Shown here piece after piece: positions 27,663-35,754 of a stretch of 60,839 bases of DNA. Position 1 is the stretch's first letter; every line of letters begins with the position of its first letter. The notes below the pieces were generated by a model. It did not search any database. It was not told the origin of the DNA and saw only the letters and a program-made list of their open reading frames with translations. The DNA is from Trichinella spiralis (lineage: Eukaryota): positions 5,282,588-5,343,426 of the forward strand of contig NW_003526943.1 in assembly GCF_000181795.1 (NCBI RefSeq), in the 5' to 3' direction. The position numbers and the translations under genes were made by a program.

Positions 27663-28110
27663 CCCTCTGATGGACAATTAAGGCTATGTACGTTTTGGAT
27701 TCCAAGAGTCACTTTGGCCCCAAGAGAGAAATCTTGAATAATTTCAGTTCCTTGTAAAGGTTATAGTATTAAGTCATTTGTATGTTGTTTAATCAAAAAT
27801 TAGCCAGTTACAATAATTTCCATACCTTTACGTGGTAAAAAATGCAACATAACAGCCTCTCTAATTCAGATACACTTATTATGACGTGCTGGGCTCATTA
27901 CAGCAACTTTCACAAAAAATATACATGTGATCACAACAGCACGGTACTTTACACTTGCTGCAACAGGTACTAACTTTTCTGTCTTTTTTTCTGCCACAAA
28001 ACGCGCACCTTCTTCTTACCGTTTTGTTCATCTTCTCAGATGTTGGATCCTTTGCTGTCATGTTTCTTCTCAAAGATATAGCTGCATTCCTTACTGCACA
28101 AGAAAGCAAT
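27663..28110 (-). mobile_element. piggyBac transposon 3' fragment nested in the BEL gag
   Basis: Encodes the piggyBac C-terminal Cys-rich domain RRRCAFCGRKKDRKVSTCCSKCKVPCCCDH. The - strand ends ...CATCAGAGGG|TTGA (AGGG terminus plus a degenerate TTAA). Subterminal GGGGCCAAAGTGACTC motif. Gag homology resumes just beyond 27659. The 5' junction is approximate. Confidence 0.75.
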
Positions 28111-28412
28111 AGTGGAGTATTTTCAGCACGTCCGTTAAGAGTTTCTTCAGCTAGACATCGTATTTCTACCATAGTTTCTTCTAATTTATGCCACGCTTCT
28201 ATTTCGCTATTGTCATCCTCTTCTTCTGTTAGGAACTCTTCTATTTCTCTTTTAAGACTACTCATATCATCGTAGATCCTCTCTAACTCATTCATGGAAC
28301 TGCGTACTTTCGAAACATCAGAATCAGTACAAAATTTGCGAATGTCCGATATCCACCCTTCAAACAGAATTATTCGACTGCGAAGTTGCTTCTTCAAAGT
28401 TTGAAGTTTCAT
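27879..28412 (-). CDS. Chimeric ORF, 177 aa: BEL/Pao Gag N-terminus fused in frame to a piggyBac Cys-rich domain
   Basis: ATG ~20 nt after the PBS. First ~100 aa are a charged helical Gag-like segment; last ~45 aa are the piggyBac CRD. No internal stop. Expression unknown. Confidence 0.5.
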   Translation of the reverse strand: MKLQTLKKQLRSRIILFEGWISDIRKFCTDSDVSKVRSSMNELERIYDDMSSLKREIEEFLTEEEDDNSEIEAWHKLEETMVEIRCLAEETLNGRAENTPLLLSCAVRNAAISLRRNMTAKDPTSEKMNKTVRRRCAFCGRKKDRKVSTCCSKCKVPCCCDHMYIFCESCCNEPSTS

Positions 28413-28431
28413 TCTATGAGCCGGTCTTGAT

Positions 28432-28449
28432 TCCTAACTAGCGGCACCA
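28432..28449 (-). promoter_or_regulatory. tRNA primer-binding site of the LTR element
   Basis: - strand reads TGGTGCCGCTAGTTAGGA a few nt after the LTR end. TGG is complementary to tRNA CCA. Cognate tRNA not determined. Confidence 0.65.
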
Positions 28450-28453
28450 AAAA

Positions 28454-28770
28454 TCTTCAAGATTCTTCTGTTTCGATACTCAGGTAAATACCCAACTCGT
28501 CCGTATATGGTGGGAAGTTGATCGACTCTTATTTGTTTGCTCTACAGATCAACGACAATAATTCTGTTCTCTTTATCAAGCGATCGGTGTCGATAAACTA
28601 TTTTATTCGCTAATACCAGTCTACAAGTAATAGACAGTAAACTACAAGAGATACAACCAACAATACAGGTTTATATAAAAGTGCTTTCTATCAGAACGCA
28701 CACAACAACCATAGTAAAAACAAATTACTTTACCGTACTTATTGGCACACAAGTTCTATTCTAAAAATAA
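28454..28770 (-). repeat. 5' LTR of the BEL/Pao element (outer end eroded)
   Basis: Direct-repeat partner of 25122-25420. Adjacent to the PBS and the gag ATG. Confidence 0.78.
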
Positions 28771-29325
28771 AATACTTTACAATACACTACTCCGATGTAT
28801 TGCAACTTGAGTATTAGTCAACTGTAAAGTCGGCTTAGTACAGATGTTGAAAAAAATATTTTGCATAATTTACACATAATGTATAAACAAATACGTTCAT
28901 TCATTTTTAAATGAAATTCCAGATTATTTTTTATTTAAATGAAACAAGAGGGAAAACGATAACACTGGTAAAAGAGAGCAAAACTACGCAAAGAATAAAA
29001 TACAATTCTTTGATTGCAAGCAAGAAATATTTTCAGAGAACATTAGAAAAGGAATTCGATGCTAAGATTTAGAAATCGCCACTGCGAGTTTTAGCTGGCA
29101 ACTGCAGCTGTGGCAACTTAGCATTTGTTGGTTTTTCCATTGTACTAAAATCGCCTTTAGCTACTCATCGGAACAATTTCTGGCAAACAGAAAAGCATCT
29201 TATGCATAAATCTCGTAAAATTGCTAGTTGAAACATATTTTATCTGACAAACAAATCAACTATTGGTTAACATTCTTTCGAACAGTATTTATAAACGCGG
29301 AAAAATAAAAGTATAATGTATTGCG

Positions 29326-29830
29326 ATGTCATGCTATCAAAAATGTCATGCTATCAACAAGAGCGCGCAGGAACATATTACAGTAAGTGCAGTAGTTTCC
29401 ACGTCACCAGTGTGCGTGCGTGGGTTGGTTCCGGCGTTCTCTCAGTGTGCATTGCCTTTCTGTGTGTGCGTTGTCTGTTTGTGTAATCTCGTGTGCGTTA
29501 TGCATTAGCTTGGTATTGTGTTGTCATTACAAGTAAAGTCTCTGCATATATTAATCAGTTCACATTCACAACGAAAAGTAAAGCACTTTGATGATGGCAA
29601 AGCACTTTTCGACAGAAGGAAAGCAGTGAACGGCACCGAGTAGAAAAGCTGCTAAAGCTTCTTCATTTCACGTTCATTTGCATTAACGCATTAACATTTG
29701 CATTGTTAACATGACTAAGAAGAGTGCTATCAGGAAAATAAAAGTGCTCGATGAAAAGCAGTGTTGAGTTTTTTAATATACGGTGAGTACACTAGTGGTA
29801 GGAGCAGCTTTTTGAGGCGTTAATGTGCAT
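29326..29830. repeat. Possible transposon-end remnant (GT-rich island)
   Basis: GC/GT-richer block starting with a tandem 15-mer ATGTCATGCTATCAA x2 (29326, 29343). Short ATG ORF at 29711 is stopped early. No diagnostic terminus seen. Confidence 0.22.
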
Positions 29831-31517
29831 AACGCCAGAACCAATTTGATGGCACCTTCCAAGTGGTAGTTTTGTATTATATTTTATTGGTTGCTTTTTA
29901 TCGATTCTTTTTCATCGTTTTTACTTTGTCAGTGTCGTTTACCGTGTTGTTTATTGCTATTGTTGGCTGTTCTTTACTGAACATTGAAAAATAAAATTTG
30001 CTATTTTAATTTTCGTTGTTTCTGTTGAGTTATTATTATCATATTTCATTCAACTTCATTATGATGCAATAAAATATAGAATAAAGAAAAAAATTAATTT
30101 CTGAAATACTTGACAATATATTAAGAAAACATGGTTTAAGTGAATGAGAAAACTCCATAAATTTTGATAAAGATGAATTTAATAAAATTTAGAAGTAATA
30201 AGAAGTTGTAACTACTAAAGTTACGTAATCATAAATGGAAATACTTGGACCAATGAGGTGAAACATATAGCAGTTAATCAAAACAAAAAAAAATTTGATT
30301 CAATGAACAATTAGATGACAAAAACCAATAAATAAGTAGCCAATGAGAAATTGACCTCAACAACCAGCAAGAAAGTGCAGTGAAAAATTTTCTCGAAATC
30401 CAGCAAATATTGTTTTGAAAATATGTCAAAGAGTGCTAAAGAGGAAAAAGAGAAATTATTATTTGAAATAAATGTTGAAAAGTCAAATCTGGATGTAAAA
30501 TAGCAGTTTAGTTTTGAAGCATTTGAAAGTTAGTAGTAGAAATTGTGCAAATGTGATATTTTATGATATTAAATACTATGCTTAAGTTTTGTGATGAAGT
30601 GATAAAAGTGATGATACGATAAAGAAGTTGCTTTCAAATGCTAATGCTATGAAAATATCCCACATTGTTACTTATCATTCAGCAGACATTTCTTGAAGTG
30701 TAAAAGATTGTTACGTTATATTATTTTACGAGAAATTCATTTTGTGTTCTTGGTTTTATTTTTAATTTTTACTGTACCTATCCGGAGTTCAAGATTTATT
30801 GAAATCTTTTGAAAAATATGCTTTTTATTTTATTTCAGTTTTATTTTTTTTTCAATCATTTGATTAATATGAAAATATTATTATTCATTTGACTTTTAGC
30901 AATCTGTAATAATTATAATAATCTGCAAAATGTCGACTGACTATTTGTTGCAGAGCCTTATCTGCTTTATTTACTTGTTTGCAAAAGTTGTATGACACTG
31001 ACAGAATTTTAAGCGCTTGTGTAAAGTCATTAATAAAAATGCAAGTTTTGTTGAATCAGCAAACTGATAAAAGAGCATTTTTCTTGAAATTCACCTTCCA
31101 CAGTACAAGCGTCCAAATTCTTCTTTATTCAAGCAGTCACTGCAGTAGATTTCCCTTTTTCTATTCCATTTTTGAACACGATTTATTATTTATGAAAATT
31201 TAAATTAACATAAAAATGAAAATCATCATGTGCATTTTTCGTAAGTCTTTTTATTTATGCTAACTAAATGAGGCAGTTGTTGTTATTAATTTTTCAAAAT
31301 TTCTCATTTGCTTATTGATGAATGAAATGCAACTGAATATTTTGTTTTATTTGTTTGTTTGTTTGTGTAGTGGGAAAAGAAAACAGAAAAGCAAGCTATT
31401 ATTGCTTACAACGGTACATTTTTCCTTTCATACATTTATTTTTATGCACCCAAAAATGAATATTGGAATTAATTATCCCAGAATTTATCGTGTTTACTTT
31501 GTTGAGCATTTTTTTAG

Positions 31518-32568
31518 GAAATTTCAAAAAGATTCTTTTATCTTTGGCAACTTTAACTTTGATCAGCAAAGCTGAAATACTGCCCGAATTGTCCGGTGTC
31601 AATGCCATAAATACTAATGAACACACTAAAGACTATTATAAACTTAGCTTTATGACTGATGGTATGTACAGCTAACTAACTTATGTACGCTTAATTTCGA
31701 ATTATTCATTAAGCAGGTCAGTATACCTGTTAGATATATATATATATTTATTTATTTTATCATATTTTGCAAAAATTATAAAATAACATTGATAATTCAG
31801 AGATATTGGTATAAATAGTACTGAATTTATTTATAGAAATCAATATCATACAAATTTCATTTTTCGATATTTCAGTGTGTACTGAAAACCATTGTCATAA
31901 TGGAGGAACGTGTATAGTACAAACTATCCCTGTCCCATTTTATTGCAAGCAAGAATTTCATCATCTACACATTATTTCATATTCTATACTACATTACAAA
32001 TAATATTTTCAGATGTCCATGGGCCTATGGTGGTGTTCTATGTGAGGAAAGTATGTTATTTTTCTTTTGTATAAAAAAAATTTTTTTAACTCTATTAATA
32101 ATGTAAACTTTTATTTAGAATCAGTTGCATTATATTTGGTTATAGCTGCTGGAATTGAAGCGATCATTATACTTGCATTACTTACTGCAGTGATATTTCT
32201 GTGTTGCAGAATTAAAAAGTAAGTTGTTATTCGTATTTTGAAAATTACTTTTGAATTTGAAAAGTTTGACTGAAAAACAGCCATTATATGTTTTCATGTG
32301 AACAATTTTAAAATAGTATTGCAAAAATTGATTGAAAAATGCAATCCTTCCCAAAATTCCAAATTCCCTTCACAATTGAATTAATCAATTGAAAAAATGC
32401 AAATATTACAGAATTGTGCAGAAGAATTCCAGCATTCCCATCATTCTCCGACAAACTCCAGTGACCGGTGCAGAAGATATTCCAAATTTATATTCGGATG
32501 AATTTAACAAAAGGTACAGCTTGCCTTCAGAATTGCAAATACCAAGACCACAAGTTGTACAATCTTAA
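31518..32568 (+). CDS. Small single-EGF type I membrane protein (exons ~31518-31661, 31876-31948, 32013-32050, 32119-32218, 32412-32568; first exon/ATG uncertain)
   Basis: Spliced product: hydrophobic ILLSLATLTLISKA (signal-like), six-Cys EGF CTENHCHNGGTCIVQTIPVPFYCKCPWAYGGVLCE, TM VALYLVIAAGIEAIIILALLTAVIFLCC, basic stop-transfer RIKK, tail ending LQIPRPQVVQS*. All splice phases are consistent. Confidence 0.85.
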
Positions 32569-33579
32569 CGTGTGCAAATGTGCAGTTTTTGATACTTCGT
32601 AATATGTATGATAAATAATAACAGCTATAAAATTGATTACTGTTATTCAGCGTGATATTGTTCTTTTTTTTTGAAAATTGTCCATCTGTACTTTTAAAAA
32701 TTCTTTAAAATTTGCATATTGTATAATTTTGCATTGTTTGGATGGAAGAAAACATACATGCTCTGATGGAGTAATAATAATAACAAGTACCATCATAATA
32801 AGTGAATATCTTTTTATAAATCCGTTAAGTAGATAAATTGGAAAAAAAAGATATTCCATTGAGAATACTATATTGCGTGCATAATGGAATTCTCTTTTAG
32901 TATAGATTTTCACACGCGTGACAAATTTCCTGATAACTTGCTACGCATGATTTCGTATTCCAAACAAGCATTCATAATATGTATAATTCACAAATTACGA
33001 ATTGTACTTTTCAAATTTCAAAATTTAAAACCAGTTCTTTAATATCAAAAAAATTATTTTTTGCAATATTTGATAAGTTACAAAAGTTGATTTATTATTT
33101 TACCAAGCAAAATAGAAAAAATTGTCATATTTATGAATTATTGAAAAAGGAAACCAGTAGTTGTAATAATTTTCCACAACAGTTACGTGAAACTTTTTAT
33201 TTCCATCACAGCTGACGAGAATAAGCTAAATTTTGCATATTGTTTGATTGGTCGATTGATCAAATTAAATCGATCATGGGGAAATTTTGAATTTGAAACT
33301 TTTTAAAAGCAGTTTAATAATTTTGAAAAAAGATGGTCAAAATGGTGACAAATTCCATTGTTCACTTCAACAAAACACAATCAACCGCTGAACTTGTCAA
33401 TTCAATCAGGTCATTTACCGTGAACATAATTTCGACATTCACCAATTAATGATGAAGGTGTGTAATTGTGATCTCTTTTTTTTTGAAATGCTCAAAAACC
33501 TACTCTGGCCACTACTACCAACTACAACATTGGACAATTGCCAAATTTCTGCTTTCACTTTGAGAAAAAGAATTTCATT

Positions 33580-33608
33580 TAATAATAATAATAATAATAA
33601 TAATAATA
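33580..33608. repeat. (TAA)n microsatellite
   Basis: Direct reading. Confidence 0.9.
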
Positions 33609-33982
33609 TGCAAAATTTTGCCCATTGCAATCATCGGCTACTTTTGTTGTTTTAATGGTAAATTTCCAATTGCAAAAGTGCAGTTTGGCAGCGCATGTTC
33701 GAAAAAACCGGTCGCTGTACATATACACTAGCCGTATTTGCAGCAAACAACGACACGGGCGTGTTCAGAGTTGGTTGGTACAACGTGCTAATTGTTCAAT
33801 TTCACTTGTCGAACACTTCGTCGTCGTCCCCCTCTCTCCACCTTACCCGTCGACGGATAATGAATATGCTCGATCATTTTGGGCAAGAAACTGCAACAAG
33901 CACCAAGAACAATAGGAGAAGCATAATCTACCACAACAGTAGGTTTGGTGTAAACTGAACGAGAAAGAAAGAAAAACTGCTG

Positions 33983-35569
33983 ATGCTGCTGCAGAACAAG
34001 CTCCGAGTGAAGGACATCCGGTGGATCTTGTACCAGTGTTTCGAATGTCCGAAACACGTGACGCACATCGTCGTCCACTTGGCCGTCTGCGTGGTGGTGG
34101 TCGCCTCGTTGGTGATCAATCTGTTGATCGAGACGGCCGAGCCCGGGGTCGATGACCACATGCTCAAGTTGTGCCTGTTCGCCATCGAACTCACGCTGGT
34201 CGTCTACTTCCTGGGCGAAATTCTGCTCCGCCTGTGGGTTATCGGCATTGACCACCGATTCCGAGGCTGGCGAGGCAAGCTGCGCTACATGTCCAGCGTC
34301 AATTCGTTGGTCGACCTGACCATACTGGCGACCACACTGCTGCTCTGCCACGTGCTGGATCCGAGGAACCGCCAGTGGAGTGATGACAGACAGGAGTTGC
34401 AAAATTTGATCTTCGTCCACTTGTTGCGCTTTTTGCACCTCGACCGCAGCGGTTACACGTGGAACTTGTTGAAGCGGCTGTTTCTGCTGCACCGGGTCGA
34501 ATTGATAGCCGCCGCTTTCCTCGGCTCGTTGACGCTGCTCTGCATCGCCACCGTGCTCGCCTGGTGGCAAAGTACCAACGACCGGCACCGGTTGCTCGAA
34601 GACGACAATTCCAATTTCCCTTCGGCCTTCTACTTGACCGTAGTCATGTACACGACGATCGGATACGGCGACTACACGCCGGACGGTTGGTTCGGCAAAG
34701 TGTTCACCAGCGTGATGTGCTGGCTGGCGGTCAACCTGCTCGGTTTGGTGTCGTCGGTGTTGGGCGTCGGCCTGGCCCTGCTGGTCCAGGACAAGAAGCT
34801 CCAGAAGCGACGTCGTCAGCACATACCGATCGCGGCCACCGTGTTGCAGACGTTCTGGCGTGCCCACTTGGTCGGCCGACGCTTCGACCAGTTGACCGTG
34901 GTGCGCCGGGAACTGCTGCCCAAGCTGATCCGCTACGATACCGAAGCCGCTCCGCTCCGACCCAACGCCAGCGAGTGGTCGCTGTTCCACCAGTGGCAGC
35001 ACTCCGTCGACCGACCGTCGGCTTGGAAACGGTCCTTCTCCAAGTTGAACCTGCGCATCCGGAACCCAACCGACGAAGCCGATTCGACCCCGACCACCAC
35101 CAAGCAGGACGAGTCGTCCGGAGGGAGCGGGGAGCTGAAGCCGGTGTTCTACGCGGCGTCGACCAGCGGCAGTTCGCCGGACCTCTCCACCGGTAGGCCC
35201 ACGAAACCGCCGCCGAATCCCAAGCGAACCATGGCCCAGTACAAAATTGCGCTCACTTTTCTCTGCTATTTGCGCTTCTCGGCGTCGAAGCAGTCGTTCA
35301 AACGTTCCAAACAGTCGGCCGATTTGGTGGACATGTCGGTGAAAATGAACGAAAGCGAAACAATCCAACTGGCTCGACTGGTCAATTTGCAGCAAAAGTT
35401 GGAAATGAGCCTCGGCACCGGCGCCGCAAGGCCCGAGATGTCGGTCAGTCAACGTCTCGGCCGACTCCAGCACACGGTTCTCAGTTTGCACAAGCAAACC
35501 GACGCCGTCAAGTCGGCACTGCAAACTATACGAGATCGTCTGAAGGGCACTGACAGACAATGTGAGTAA
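33983..35569 (+). CDS. KCNQ/Kv7 (KQT)-family potassium channel subunit, divergent; 528-aa single-exon core, possibly with an upstream exon from ATG 33860
   Basis: S1-S6 topology, filter TTIGYGD, S4-S5 LRFLHLDRSGYTWNLL, post-S6 LGVGLALLVQ, helix A IQ-like AATVLQTFWR, and recognisable helices B, C (RLVNLQQKLE) and D (SQRLGRLQHTV). Confidence 0.92.
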   Translation: MLLQNKLRVKDIRWILYQCFECPKHVTHIVVHLAVCVVVVASLVINLLIETAEPGVDDHMLKLCLFAIELTLVVYFLGEILLRLWVIGIDHRFRGWRGKLRYMSSVNSLVDLTILATTLLLCHVLDPRNRQWSDDRQELQNLIFVHLLRFLHLDRSGYTWNLLKRLFLLHRVELIAAAFLGSLTLLCIATVLAWWQSTNDRHRLLEDDNSNFPSAFYLTVVMYTTIGYGDYTPDGWFGKVFTSVMCWLAVNLLGLVSSVLGVGLALLVQDKKLQKRRRQHIPIAATVLQTFWRAHLVGRRFDQLTVVRRELLPKLIRYDTEAAPLRPNASEWSLFHQWQHSVDRPSAWKRSFSKLNLRIRNPTDEADSTPTTTKQDESSGGSGELKPVFYAASTSGSSPDLSTGRPTKPPPNPKRTMAQYKIALTFLCYLRFSASKQSFKRSKQSADLVDMSVKMNESETIQLARLVNLQQKLEMSLGTGAARPEMSVSQRLGRLQHTVLSLHKQTDAVKSALQTIRDRLKGTDRQCE

Positions 35570-35754
35570 AAAGGCAGAGGATGTAAATCAAGAAAATAAA
35601 TAAATCATACATATTTTTTTGCAAATCACCATCGATCATCGTACTGTCAGTTTTTACTCGAATTTGAATATTTTCCGTTTCTTTTTTATTCGCACAGAGT
35701 TCTTTATGAGCACAATGGTGGTGGTAATGATAACAGAAATTACAAAACTATTCT

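Larger units (their letters stand above)
25122..28770 (-). mobile_element. Decayed, internally deleted BEL/Pao LTR retrotransposon
   Basis: Diverged direct repeats at ~25122-25420 and ~28454-28770. PBS-like TGGTGCCGC lies just inside the right repeat on the - strand. Gag DUF1759-type remnant QLPVYEILRFYGNVLEW..FLEQF..LSDMAKFLYLRRAL at ~27480-27630. Pao protease remnants LKSAKARIYG..GSQK, VDILIGMEYFYGFV and AVKSTFGWIVCG at ~26290-26800. Many stops and frameshifts. Confidence 0.85.

Noticed and set aside
33788..35560. 590-aa antisense ORF and the 245-aa/112-aa alternative-frame ORFs over the KCNQ gene
   Set aside because: Typical shadow ORFs of GC3-rich coding DNA; no recognisable domain, and composition mirrors the sense codons.
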